Shown here: positions 14,029 through 23,001 of the stretch, in pieces
Numbering within the stretch: the first letter of the stretch is position 1
Layout: every line of letters starts with the position of its first letter
Source: Chloroflexota bacterium
GTDB lineage: Bacteria > Chloroflexota > Dehalococcoidia > Lucifugimonadales > UBA1127
Direction of reading: 5' to 3'
DNA length: 34,556 nucleotides
Assembly: GCA_028873745.1 (NCBI GenBank)
Contig: JAPPNT010000027.1
Coordinates: 10,793 to 45,348 of the forward strand
Translations under genes and position numbers: made by a program
The notes under the pieces: model-generated
Databases searched by the model: none
What the model was told of the DNA's origin: nothing
The model's input: only the letters and a program-made list of their open reading frames with translations

Positions 14029-15744
14029 TTGAAGCGGGACGACTTCATCATCCGATTCGCGGGAGAGGGCGGCCAGGGCATGGTCACGTCCGCCGACGGT
14101 CTGGCCCAGGCGGCGTCCATGGCCGGATTCCACGTCCAGACGTTCTCCACTTTCCCGTCGCAGATTCTCGGCGGTCCCACGTGGACCCAGACGCGCATCT
14201 CCACCAGCCCCGTGCGCAGCTCCGGCGACCAGATCGACGTGCTGGTGTGCTTCAACCGCGAGGCGTACGACACGCACAAGGATGAAGTGGCCGCGGACGG
14301 CGTCATCATCTACAACCTTGGCGACTTCCAGTTGGAGGGCGACGGTCAGAGCTTCGGCATACCCTTTGAGGAGCTCGCCAAGTCAACGGGCAACTCCCGC
14401 GCCGAAAACATGGTGGTCATCGGCGCCTTCGCGCACCTGGTCAACATGCCGCAGGAGTTCCTGGACGAGTTTGTGACCAAGCGCTTCTCCCGCGGCCGCG
14501 CCGGTGACGAGGAGATCATCCGCTCCAACATCGAGGCGATGCTCCTCGGACGAAGCCACGCCGCCGCCACCGGATTCACGCTGGCCGAGCTGTCGCCGCC
14601 TGTGAAGCCGGAGTATCCACAGATTCTCATCAAGGGCAACGAGGCCGTGTCGGCAGGCGCACTCGCCGCTGGCATCAACTTCTATGTCGGCTACCCTATC
14701 TCCCCCGCGACGCCCATCCTGGTCTTCATGGAGCGCAACCTCGTCGGCGACGGCAACTTCGCCTACCAGGCAAGCTCGGAGATCGAGGCCATCAACGCCG
14801 TGGCGGGCGCCGGCTACTCAGGCCAGAAGGCCATGACGGCGACCAGCGGCCCCGGCCTCTCGCTGATGAGCGAGGCCATCGGCATGGCCTGGATGACGGA
14901 GATCCCCTTCGTCGTCGTCAACGTGCAGCGCGGGGGCCCCGCCACCGGCCTGCCAACCAAGACGGAGCAGTCGGACTTCCAGGTGGCCCTCCACCCGGCG
15001 CACGGCGACTCGGCCATCCCGGTCATCGCCCCCGGCACCGTGGAGGAGTGCTTCTACGCCACCGTCAGCGCCTTCAACTGGGCCGAGCGATACCAGGGCC
15101 CGGTCATCATGCTCAGCGAGCAAATGCTGGCCGAGCGGGCTCAGAACATCCCGCGGCCGGACGTCAGCAAGGTCCACGTCGAGGACCGCGAGGTCTACCA
15201 GGGCGACAACGGCTACCTCCGATACGAGGCCCGCGAGCTCTCCCCGATGCCCATCCCCGGCGGCCCCGGCCCCTACGTCGCCAACGCCAGCGAGCACGAC
15301 CCCTTCGGCGACACGACCCACCTCCCCCACCGCCACGTCCACATGATGGAGCGCCGGTTCTCCAAGCTGAAGCTGCTGGAGGACGGCGAGTACGAGGCCC
15401 ACAACACGGACTCCCCCGTCGCAGTCATGCCGTGGGGCGGCTCCAAGGGTCCCACAGAGGAGGCCTACGAGGTCCTGCAGGGCTACGGCCTCAACGTTGC
15501 CTGGTACTACACCATGTACTTGCACCCACTGCCAGCCAAGCTCCTGGAGGAGCTGCTGCAGAAGGACCTGGTAATTGTCCCGGAGCTGAACTTCCAGGGT
15601 CAGTTCTCCAGCTACCTCCGGTCCCTGGGCGTCAAGGCGGAGTCCATCACCCAGTACACTGGGCTCCCGTTCAATGTAAGCAACCTGGCCAGGCGGCTGG
15701 AGGAGCGGCTTGGCGCAGGCGCGAGAGGAGCGGTGAACGTATGA
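14029..15744 (+). CDS. korA: 2-oxoacid:ferredoxin oxidoreductase, alpha subunit
   Basis: ...DDFIIRFAGEGGQGMVTSADGLAQAA...KGNEAVSAGALAAGINFYVGYPISPAT... is KorA/OorA-like. Start assigned to TTG 14029, with GGGAGG 5 nt upstream. The 127 upstream residues of the track ORF are Arg/Ser/Pro-rich and not family-like. Confidence 0.85.
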   Translation: MKRDDFIIRFAGEGGQGMVTSADGLAQAASMAGFHVQTFSTFPSQILGGPTWTQTRISTSPVRSSGDQIDVLVCFNREAYDTHKDEVAADGVIIYNLGDFQLEGDGQSFGIPFEELAKSTGNSRAENMVVIGAFAHLVNMPQEFLDEFVTKRFSRGRAGDEEIIRSNIEAMLLGRSHAAATGFTLAELSPPVKPEYPQILIKGNEAVSAGALAAGINFYVGYPISPATPILVFMERNLVGDGNFAYQASSEIEAINAVAGAGYSGQKAMTATSGPGLSLMSEAIGMAWMTEIPFVVVNVQRGGPATGLPTKTEQSDFQVALHPAHGDSAIPVIAPGTVEECFYATVSAFNWAERYQGPVIMLSEQMLAERAQNIPRPDVSKVHVEDREVYQGDNGYLRYEARELSPMPIPGGPGPYVANASEHDPFGDTTHLPHRHVHMMERRFSKLKLLEDGEYEAHNTDSPVAVMPWGGSKGPTEEAYEVLQGYGLNVAWYYTMYLHPLPAKLLEELLQKDLVIVPELNFQGQFSSYLRSLGVKAESITQYTGLPFNVSNLARRLEERLGAGARGAVNV

Positions 15745-16607
15745 GCAAGAAAAACCCGGAATACGACTTCAAGTGGTGCCCCGGCTGCGGCGACTTCGGC
15801 GTCCGCCGGGCGCTTGAGATGGCGATGCAACGGTGGACCGTCAAGACCGAGCAGCCCATCGAGCAGAACGTCGTCGTGGCGGGCATCGGCTGCTCCGGCA
15901 ACCTCGTGCACCTGCTGGAGGGCCAGCAGCCCTTCGGCTTCCACGGCATTCACGGCCGCTCGCTGCCCCTCGCCCTCGGCGTGAAGATGGGCAACCCGGA
16001 GCTGAACGTGGTCGTCGTCGCCGGCGATGGCGACTTCCTCAGCATCGGCGGCGAGCACATCGCGCCGCAGGCGGCCCGCAACCTGAACGTCTGCGTCGTC
16101 GTCATGGACAACGGCGTGTACGGCCTCACCAAGGGCCAGAGCTCCCCGACGACCGTCGAGGGCACCGTCACCTCCTCCACCCCTTACGGCAAGATGGAGG
16201 CCCAGGTCAGCCCCCTGCACCTCTACATGACCCTGGGCGTGTCCTTCGTCGCGTCGGGCTTCTCCTCCAAGGTGCGGGAGATGGCGGACCTCATCATGCA
16301 GGGCATGGAGCACCCCGGCTTCGCCATCGTCCACGTGCAGTCGCCGTGCACGACCTACAACAATACCTACGATGTCCTGAAGGGCGACCCGGCAAAGGGC
16401 ATCGCCCCCGTCATCTACGACATTCCGGACGAGCACGACCCCGCCGACCGGTCCGCGGCGATGGCCATGGTCGACTCACCCGGCCTGCCGCTCGGGCTCA
16501 TCTACCAGGATCCCGGCTCCGTCCCGCTGGAGCAGCGGCTCGCCACGGCCACCGTGAACGCGAGGAGCCGCAAGGCGGAGGACGTCTTCGACTCTCTCAT
16601 GATCTAG
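15741..16607 (+). CDS. korB: 2-oxoacid:ferredoxin oxidoreductase, beta subunit (TPP-binding)
   Basis: MSKKNPEYDFKWCPGCGDFG...VVAGDGDFLSIGGEH... is KorB-like. The ATG overlaps the korA stop (ATGA). Confidence 0.85.
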   Translation: MSKKNPEYDFKWCPGCGDFGVRRALEMAMQRWTVKTEQPIEQNVVVAGIGCSGNLVHLLEGQQPFGFHGIHGRSLPLALGVKMGNPELNVVVVAGDGDFLSIGGEHIAPQAARNLNVCVVVMDNGVYGLTKGQSSPTTVEGTVTSSTPYGKMEAQVSPLHLYMTLGVSFVASGFSSKVREMADLIMQGMEHPGFAIVHVQSPCTTYNNTYDVLKGDPAKGIAPVIYDIPDEHDPADRSAAMAMVDSPGLPLGLIYQDPGSVPLEQRLATATVNARSRKAEDVFDSLMI

Positions 16608-16632
16608 CTCGGACGCGGCCAGCAGAATTGAA

Positions 16633-16667
16633 GCGGGGCGCCCATCATGGGTGCCCCGCTCGTCTTT
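16633..16667. terminator. Terminator hairpin between convergent korB and the vWA gene
   Basis: GCGGGGCGCCCA (16633-16644), loop TCA, TGGGTGCCCCGC (16648-16659, one G-U pair), then TCGTCTTT. Confidence 0.6.
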
Positions 16668-16682
16668 GCCTAGCCGGCAGGA

Positions 16683-18695
16683 CTACGCCGCCACTCGCTT
16701 CCGGCGGTTGTTGATGTAGTCCACCAGCACGTACTCGCCGAGCTGGTACGGGCTCGTGTAGAACGCGCGCCCCCGGTTGATGCGCGTCATCTTGTCGACG
16801 AAGTCCAGCAGGTAGGGGTTGGACTCCAGCATGAAGGTGTTGATGGTGACGCCCTCCTGCGTGCACCGCCGCACCTCCTTCAGCGTCTCCTGCATCGTCC
16901 GGAAGCTCGGCGGGTAGCTGAAGGCGGCGTAGTCGCCCTCCATGTGCGCCGTAGGCTCGCCGTCCGTAATCATGATGACCTGCCGCGTCGCGCCCTTGTG
17001 GCTGCTCAACAGCTTCCGGGACATCATCAGCGCGTGCTGCATGTTGGTGCCGGATACCCACGCGTTCCACGACGTCTCCGGCAGGTCCTCCTCCTTTATG
17101 CGCCGGCCGTAGTCCGAAAAGCCGATGAGGTAGATGGCGTCGCGCGGGAACTTGCTCCGCACCAGCGCGATTAGCGCCAGCGCCACCTTCTTCGCCGACG
17201 ACCAGCTCCCCCAATGCCCCATCGAGCGGCTCTGGTCCAGCAGCACGCACGTGGCTGCCTGCGTCGCCTGCTCCCGCTCGACGAGCTCGAAGTCGCTGGG
17301 GTGCATGCGCACGGGCGTGCCCGGCCCGTTGCGGACGATGGCGTTGCTCAGCGTCTTCTGCAGGGAGATGTCGAACGGGTCGCCGAACTGGTGCTGCCGC
17401 GTTGCGCCGGAGAGATCGCCCTGCAGGCCCGCCTCGTAGATCTCGTGGTTGGCGAGCCGGTCCTTCTTCAGGTTGGCGAAGACCTCCTTGAGGGCCTTCT
17501 GTCCAATCTTGCGGATGCCGCGCGGCGTCAGCTCCATCCGGTCGCCGTTGCGGCGGATGAAGCCCGCCTCCTCCAGCATCCGCGCGATGTCGCGGAGCTG
17601 CTCCAGGTTGCGCCGCGCCTCCTCGCCGAGCAGCCGCTCGATCTCGTCCAGATCAAGGTCGTCGAAGTTGCCGCGCCGGGCGACCTCCTGAATCTGCTTC
17701 TCCAACTGGTCCATGTCCTGCAGCTCAGCCATGAGCTGCATCGCCTGCTGCAGGTCGAGCGGGTCGTCGCCCATGAACGGGTAGCGCTGGCCCATCTCGT
17801 CGGGGGGCAGGTACTGCGCCATGAGCTGCGCCAGCCGCGCGAGCTCCTGCGCAGTCTCGTCGTCCATCAGCGACTGCATCAGGTCCATGAGCTCTTGCCG
17901 CTGCTCCTCCGACATGGAGTTCATCAGCGACTCCATCTGCGCCATCTGCTGGCGCATGTGCTCCAGCAACTCCTGGAAGTTCTGGGGCGGGTTGGGCCCG
18001 AACATGCCGCCGTAGCGGTCCATGAACTCCTGGAAGTTGGGCTCGCCGCCTGACTCCAGCATGTCGTTCAGGTCGCGCAGCATCTGCCGCAGCGCCGACA
18101 TGTCTCCGGGGGTCATGTTCTCCAGGTTCTGGCGCATGTTCTGCACCATGTTGTTGGCCATCTGCCCGCGCAGCTCATCCATGAGCTCCTGGAACTTGCG
18201 GGCCGCCTCCGGGTCCATGAACTCGTACTCGTTCAGCTCGCGGATCGCCCCGCCGAGGCTCTCCGGCAGGTTGTCCAGCGTCTCCTTGTTGCGCTCCACC
18301 TGCCTGCGCAGGTTCTCGAGGAGCTGGTCCTTCGTGGGGTCCTGTCCGGGCTCGCCGACGCGCTCCTCCGTCTCCTGCACGCGCCGGTCCATGCCCTCGC
18401 GCTCCGTGTCGAGGATGTCGTCGAGCTTCTCCTTGATGCCCTCCATGGTGTTTTCCATGTTGTAGCGCTGGAGCTGCTGCTGGCGCTGGCGGCGGAGGCG
18501 CTCCATCAGGTCGCGAAGGCCGTCGAGGCGCTGGCCGCCGGGCATCTGCATGCCGCGCCGCATCATGTCTCGCAGCGCGCGGTTGATGTCGCCGTGCTCC
18601 ATCAGGTCCTCGGCGAGCGCTTCCATGAGCTCGTCCTGGTCCGGATCGAACACCTGCTGCGAGCCGTCCCACTGCGAGTACCGGAACGTGAGCAT
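16683..18695 (-). CDS. Large von Willebrand factor A (vWA) domain protein with long acidic coiled-coil-like N-terminal region
   Basis: The C-terminal third has a MIDAS motif (VLLDQSRSMG...) and ...VIMITDGEPTAH. The N-terminal ~400 aa are rich in E/D/Q/R/L/M heptad-like sequence. SD GAAGGGGG. No AAA+/MoxR partner gene is adjacent. Confidence 0.75.
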   Translation of the reverse strand: MLTFRYSQWDGSQQVFDPDQDELMEALAEDLMEHGDINRALRDMMRRGMQMPGGQRLDGLRDLMERLRRQRQQQLQRYNMENTMEGIKEKLDDILDTEREGMDRRVQETEERVGEPGQDPTKDQLLENLRRQVERNKETLDNLPESLGGAIRELNEYEFMDPEAARKFQELMDELRGQMANNMVQNMRQNLENMTPGDMSALRQMLRDLNDMLESGGEPNFQEFMDRYGGMFGPNPPQNFQELLEHMRQQMAQMESLMNSMSEEQRQELMDLMQSLMDDETAQELARLAQLMAQYLPPDEMGQRYPFMGDDPLDLQQAMQLMAELQDMDQLEKQIQEVARRGNFDDLDLDEIERLLGEEARRNLEQLRDIARMLEEAGFIRRNGDRMELTPRGIRKIGQKALKEVFANLKKDRLANHEIYEAGLQGDLSGATRQHQFGDPFDISLQKTLSNAIVRNGPGTPVRMHPSDFELVEREQATQAATCVLLDQSRSMGHWGSWSSAKKVALALIALVRSKFPRDAIYLIGFSDYGRRIKEEDLPETSWNAWVSGTNMQHALMMSRKLLSSHKGATRQVIMITDGEPTAHMEGDYAAFSYPPSFRTMQETLKEVRRCTQEGVTINTFMLESNPYLLDFVDKMTRINRGRAFYTSPYQLGEYVLVDYINNRRKRVAA

Positions 18696-18942
18696 CGCGC
18701 CCCCTTCGGCTTGCGGCTTGATGGACTGGGGTGGGCCTGTTGGAGGTTTGGCCTAGCCTAGACGCCGCCGCGTGGAGTGTCAATGCGGGCCGTCTCCCGC
18801 CCGCACTCTTTGCGGTGAACACTTGAAAGGCAGAGTCAGCGGATTCAGTGCAATCACGCTGAATGAGGCAAGAGTTACAGAAGATGATGGAATATCCGGC
18901 AAAAGTTATACTTTGGCCACACAAAAATGGATGGACTTGCCT

Positions 18943-18948
18943 TATAAT
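18943..18948 (+). promoter_or_regulatory. Consensus -10 (TATAAT) placed for a leaderless transcript of the lipoprotein gene
   Basis: TATAAT at 18943-18948, then 6 nt, then ATG 18955, so the expected +1 is the A of the ATG. No SD. No convincing -35. Confidence 0.4.
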
Positions 18949-18954
18949 GTTTCC

Positions 18955-20736
18955 ATGTCCGATGAAAGCCTGATTCTGGCGGGAAAGCCGAGGGGTGGCC
19001 CTGGGCGGCTCGGCCTGTCTTCAACGCGGGTACTGCTGCTCACCATAGCGCTTGGGCTGCTGGTCGGCTGTGTCGACCCCGCGGCAACGCCAACACAGAC
19101 GCCATCCTTCAGCGCGCCGACGTCCACGCCGGTCCTAATGGCCACGCCGATAGCCACGGTTGCGCACCCTGCTGTGCCCCCGGCTCCTGGCATGCCGACA
19201 GCCACGGCTGCACCGACGCTGATGTCCCCAGATCCCGACACGCCGACACCCTCGGCTGCCGACCCTTTCGCGAAGTGGAACGAGATGTTGGCGCCGCAAC
19301 ACTGGTGGAGGGACTCCGAACCCTACACGTGCCTGGCTCCGCCGAAGGACACATCCCCCTGGATCGAGGCCGGCATGACTGACCTTGGCGGCTCCGACGC
19401 GCTGTCGCTCATCCGGTACTTCGGCAACGGCAGCTACCTGCGCTACGGCTTCATGGGTTTCGAAGGCTGTACGCCGGTCAAGAAGTATGTTGGGGAGCCA
19501 GGCCCGGTCACCACGCACCTGGACCCGCCGGTCGACCCAACGTACTACTCCCTCGGCGACCTGGACATCACGGTTGACATCGCCCGTGTGCCGCCGGACG
19601 CGCCGGGATGGTTCGAGGACGACGGGATGCGGGAGACGATGACGATGGCGGAGGCGGTGGGCATCCTGAACACGCACGTCGCCCCCTATTACGAGAAGAT
19701 CTCGGAGGGCAAGCTCAGGATCCGCTTCCTTGCGGGGAACGACTTCGCATTGGAGGGAGAGGGTTCACCCGATGACGTATTCGGCCAGAAGCTGCGGCTT
19801 GCAGGGGTGATGGACTGCCGTGGGGATGCCGCCGAAAACTACCCATGCAATCAGGGCGCTCCGGGCGCCCTGAACCGCATCCTGCTGACCGATGTGACGA
19901 CCGACAGTGGTGGTGATGCGTACAACGGCGATGCCCGATTCGGCCTCGTGAGTCTGCGCGAGGCGAACATGGAAACGCTGGTGCATGAGATGGGCCATGC
20001 CTGGATGAGCTGGCCCCACTCCTATACGGAACTTCTGTGGTATCCGTCCGGCGCTCAGGCGAACGGAGAAGCCGACCTTCCCAACCCGTACAGCAATATC
20101 CTGGACTTCATGTCGGGCCTTGCCCTGTCGCCGGTGCTGGGCTGGCATCAGGACATGCCTTCCACCCTCGCGGTGAACCGCTACACAGCGGGGTGGATCG
20201 ACCCCGAGGAAGTCGCGCTGCACCTGAGCGACTCCGGAACATATACGCTGCGTCCTCCGCGCGAGAGGGGCTACCAGTTCCTCGTGATCTCGTCCGGAAG
20301 GAAGTACGCATTCACGACGGTCGAGGTGCTGGACGAGCGCAATCCCGTTTACGTGGAAGAGACGCCCACCGTGTACGACCCCTCATCGCCCGGAGGTCTG
20401 CGCCCGTTTCGATACAGCGGGGTGCTGGTGAGCCGCTACGACCAGACCACGGGCACGGGAACGTCCGCACGCTTCGGCCCCGCGCTGTACGACGAGCGCA
20501 ACCCCAACTTCGCTTCGGACGTGGGCTGGGGCAGGGACGACTACTCGGTCATGCACGACGGCGAGGCCCGCGACATCGGCGGCGGCGTTCGACTCCAGGT
20601 ATCGCGCAACGAGGACGGGAGCTACCAGGTCTCCGTGACCGGGGGCAGGGTTGCGGAGTTCAAGCCCTGGTGCAGAGGCATGTGGTTCGACCGGGAGGAG
20701 TATGACACGGGATGCGCCCTGGATGACGCCAAATAG
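18955..20736 (+). CDS. Putative secreted lipoprotein with HExxH zinc-metallopeptidase motif
   Basis: Signal peptide plus lipobox (LLLTIALGLLVG-C), a Thr/Pro/Ala-rich linker, and LVHEMGHAWMSWPHSY (HExxH plus a downstream His). There are visibly more A/T-ending codons than in neighbouring genes. ATG 18931 is an alternative start. The peptidase family is not recognised. Confidence 0.6.
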   Translation: MSDESLILAGKPRGGPGRLGLSSTRVLLLTIALGLLVGCVDPAATPTQTPSFSAPTSTPVLMATPIATVAHPAVPPAPGMPTATAAPTLMSPDPDTPTPSAADPFAKWNEMLAPQHWWRDSEPYTCLAPPKDTSPWIEAGMTDLGGSDALSLIRYFGNGSYLRYGFMGFEGCTPVKKYVGEPGPVTTHLDPPVDPTYYSLGDLDITVDIARVPPDAPGWFEDDGMRETMTMAEAVGILNTHVAPYYEKISEGKLRIRFLAGNDFALEGEGSPDDVFGQKLRLAGVMDCRGDAAENYPCNQGAPGALNRILLTDVTTDSGGDAYNGDARFGLVSLREANMETLVHEMGHAWMSWPHSYTELLWYPSGAQANGEADLPNPYSNILDFMSGLALSPVLGWHQDMPSTLAVNRYTAGWIDPEEVALHLSDSGTYTLRPPRERGYQFLVISSGRKYAFTTVEVLDERNPVYVEETPTVYDPSSPGGLRPFRYSGVLVSRYDQTTGTGTSARFGPALYDERNPNFASDVGWGRDDYSVMHDGEARDIGGGVRLQVSRNEDGSYQVSVTGGRVAEFKPWCRGMWFDREEYDTGCALDDAK

Positions 20737-20765
20737 GGCGCCCATCACGTTGCCGCGCAGAGCCT

Positions 20766-20787
20766 GCCCCGTACTCCGATACGGGGC
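20766..20787 (+). terminator. Possible terminator hairpin after the lipoprotein gene
   Basis: GCCCCGTA, loop CTCCGA, TACGGGGC: a perfect 8-bp stem. No U-tract follows. Confidence 0.3.
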
Positions 20788-20821
20788 GGGAACCCAGGGG
20801 GGCAGGGAGAGGAGGGGGCAC

Positions 20822-20868
20822 CTCTGACACCAACCCCTCGCGCCAAAGCCCCGCAACCCGCTACCCTC
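20822..20868 (+). repeat. Repeat block CTCTGACACC-(26 nt)-CCGCTACCCTC, paralogous to 7564-7609
   Basis: Same two anchors, same order and near-identical spacing as the copy downstream of thyX. Confidence 0.6.
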
Positions 20869-20930
20869 TCCCCATAAAGACCGCACCCGCTTGCGCACGA
20901 AGCTCGCCGGAGTTGTTTGGACACCCGGCA

Positions 20931-20987
20931 CAGATAGGATTCGAGCACCGGAACGATTCGTATTTGAAAGGGTTCGAATCCTATCTG
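20931..20987. repeat. 14-bp perfect inverted repeat CAGATAGGATTCGA ... TCGAATCCTATCTG (29-nt spacer)
   Basis: Left arm at 20931-20944, right arm at 20974-20987. The spacer contains ACGATTCG (20953-20960), the 3' core of the 14-mer repeat. Confidence 0.7.
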
Positions 20988-21019
20988 GAGAGAGAATCTT
21001 CATTCGTTTGCCTATCTAG

Positions 21020-21033
21020 ACAGCTACGATTCG
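21020..21033 (+). repeat. 14-mer copy 3 (ACAGCTACGATTCG)
   Basis: Exact match to 7685-7698 and 7741-7754. A degenerate copy (CAGCTATCATTCG) follows at 21055-21067. Confidence 0.65.
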
Positions 21034-21139
21034 TCCCCCGGATTCGTTCCCTTTCAGCTATCATTCGTTGACCCCATGCTTGCCAACCGCAACTATCGAC
21101 GGTAGCCCACGGACAGGGAGCGGCAGCCCCGCCCCGTCC

Positions 21140-21169
21140 TTGCCCGCGCGTAGCTGCCGAACGTATACT
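21140..21169 (+). promoter_or_regulatory. Possible gatB promoter: TTGCCC, 18 nt spacer, TATACT
   Basis: TTGCCC at 21140-21145 and TATACT at 21164-21169. Confidence 0.3.
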
Positions 21170-21222
21170 TGAAACACTGCATTGCGCCGTGAATGACACT
21201 TGCGGCGCGGGGAGCGCTCCAC

Positions 21223-22698
21223 GTGGAATGGGAACCCGTCATCGGCCTCGAGGTGCACGCGCAGCTGCTCACCAAGAGCAAGATGTTCTGCTCGTGCCCC
21301 GCGGACTACCAGGAGAATGAACCCAATACCGGCGTCTGCCCGGTCTGCCTCGCCATGCCGGGCGTGCTGCCCGTCATCAACAAGCAGGCCGTGGAGCACG
21401 TCATCCGCACGGGCCTTGCGCTCAACTGCTCCATCGGCGAGTTCGCGCAGTTCGACCGCAAGAACTACTCCTACCCGGACCTGATGAAGGGCTACCAGAT
21501 CTCGCAGTATGAGAACCCCATCTCCTACGGCGGATGGATGACCATCGACAGCGACGGCGAGCCCCGACAGGTCGGCATCACGCGCGCCCACCTGGAGGAG
21601 GACGTCGCCAAGCTCCAGCACGCGCGCGACGGCGCGGGGGCAGGCTACGCGCTGATGGACGTCAACCGCGCCGGCGTGCCCCTCATGGAGGTTGTCGGCG
21701 AGCCCGACCTCCGCAGCCCGGAGGAGGCGCGACAGTACCTCACCAAGCTCCGATCCATCCTCCAGTACATCGGCGTGTCGACGGCCGACATGGAGCAGGG
21801 CAGCTTCCGCTGCGACGCCAACGTCTCTATCCGCCCCAAGGGCTCGACGGAGTACGGCACCAAGGTGGAAGTCAAGAACATGAACAGCCTGCGCGCCGTC
21901 GTCCGCTCCCTGGAGTACGAGATTCAGCGACAGACCGAGCTGCTGGAGAGCGGCGGCTCGGTGTCGCAGGAGACGCGCGGCTGGCTGGAGGACCGGGGGG
22001 TGACCGTCTCGCAGCGCTCCAAGGAGTACGCGAACGACTACCGCTACCTGCCCGAGCCCGACCTGCCGCCCCTGCTCATCTCCCGCGAGTGGGTCGACGA
22101 GGTCCGAGAGAGCCTCCCGGAGCTGCCGGACGAGCGTCTCGAACGGCTGCAGCGCGACTACGGCCTCTCGGCGTACGACGCCGCGCTGCTGACGGCCAAC
22201 CGCCGCACCGCCGACTACTTCGAGGAGGCCGTCGCCGCGAAGGCGTTGGAGGGCGAGGCACTCCAGGCGCGCGCCAAGGCCATCGCGAACCTGATCAACT
22301 CGGAGCTCGCCAGGCTGCTGAACATGGCGGGCATCGAGCTATGGGAGAGCAAGGTCGCCGCGCCCGCGCTGTCGGAGCTCGTCGACCTCATCGATGACCG
22401 AACCGTGAGCTCCACACAGGCCAAGCAGGTGCTGGAGGAGGTGTTCGAGACCGGCGACAGGCCGCGAAAGGTCGTCGAGGCGAAGGGGCTCTCGCAGGTC
22501 ACCGACGAGGGCGCGATCCTCGACGCCGTGCGGGAGGCCCTCGACAGCAACCCGCAGGCCGTCGAGGACTACCTGGGCGGCAAGGAGAACGCGGCCAAGT
22601 TCTTGGTGGGACAGGTGATGAAGGTGACGAGGGGCCGCGCCGCCCCAGCAGTCGTCAACCAGCTTCTCGAGGAGCAGCTGGCCGCAAGAAAGCTATAG
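21223..22698 (+). CDS. gatB: Asp/Glu-tRNA(Asn/Gln) amidotransferase subunit B
   Basis: ...[28 protein letters not shown]...PGVLPVINK...GatB-type C-terminal YqeY-like tail. GTG 21223 has GGGGAG 8 nt upstream and gives the usual short N-terminus. ATG 21193 (track) is the alternative start. Confidence 0.9.
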   Translation: MEWEPVIGLEVHAQLLTKSKMFCSCPADYQENEPNTGVCPVCLAMPGVLPVINKQAVEHVIRTGLALNCSIGEFAQFDRKNYSYPDLMKGYQISQYENPISYGGWMTIDSDGEPRQVGITRAHLEEDVAKLQHARDGAGAGYALMDVNRAGVPLMEVVGEPDLRSPEEARQYLTKLRSILQYIGVSTADMEQGSFRCDANVSIRPKGSTEYGTKVEVKNMNSLRAVVRSLEYEIQRQTELLESGGSVSQETRGWLEDRGVTVSQRSKEYANDYRYLPEPDLPPLLISREWVDEVRESLPELPDERLERLQRDYGLSAYDAALLTANRRTADYFEEAVAAKALEGEALQARAKAIANLINSELARLLNMAGIELWESKVAAPALSELVDLIDDRTVSSTQAKQVLEEVFETGDRPRKVVEAKGLSQVTDEGAILDAVREALDSNPQAVEDYLGGKENAAKFLVGQVMKVTRGRAAPAVVNQLLEEQLAARKL

Positions 22699-22773
22699 TC
22701 GAGACCGGCCGTCCTGCGCGACAATAGAGGGCGCCGGGAATCAAGGGACCACGAAAGGGAGCAGGGCAAACAC

Positions 22774-22995
22774 ATGGGACCGTTCTTGAACGCAACGCTC
22801 ATCCTGGTGTCAATCCTGCTGATTGGCATCATCCTCCTGCAGGTGCGCGGAGAGGGCTCCGGCGCCTTTGGCCAGGCGCAGAGCACCTTCCGCGTCCGGC
22901 GCGGCATGGAACTGCTCCTCTTCCGCTTCACCATCGGCCTCATTGTGCTTTTTGTCGGGCTCGCCATCCTGAGCGCGCGCTTCCACGACCTGTAG
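22774..22995 (+). CDS. secG: Preprotein translocase subunit SecG
   Basis: 73 aa with two TM helices flanking LLQVRGEGSGAFGQAQ, typical of SecG. Confidence 0.8.
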   Translation: MGPFLNATLILVSILLIGIILLQVRGEGSGAFGQAQSTFRVRRGMELLLFRFTIGLIVLFVGLAILSARFHDL

Positions 22996-23001
22996 GCCGC
23001 G

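Noticed and set aside
20960-20990. Possible tRNA, because of the GGTTCGAATCC T-arm/T-loop string.
   Set aside because: The putative T-stem has a mismatch. No complementary acceptor 5' strand (TCTCCAG) or anticodon arm lies upstream. The string is instead one arm of a 14-bp perfect inverted repeat.
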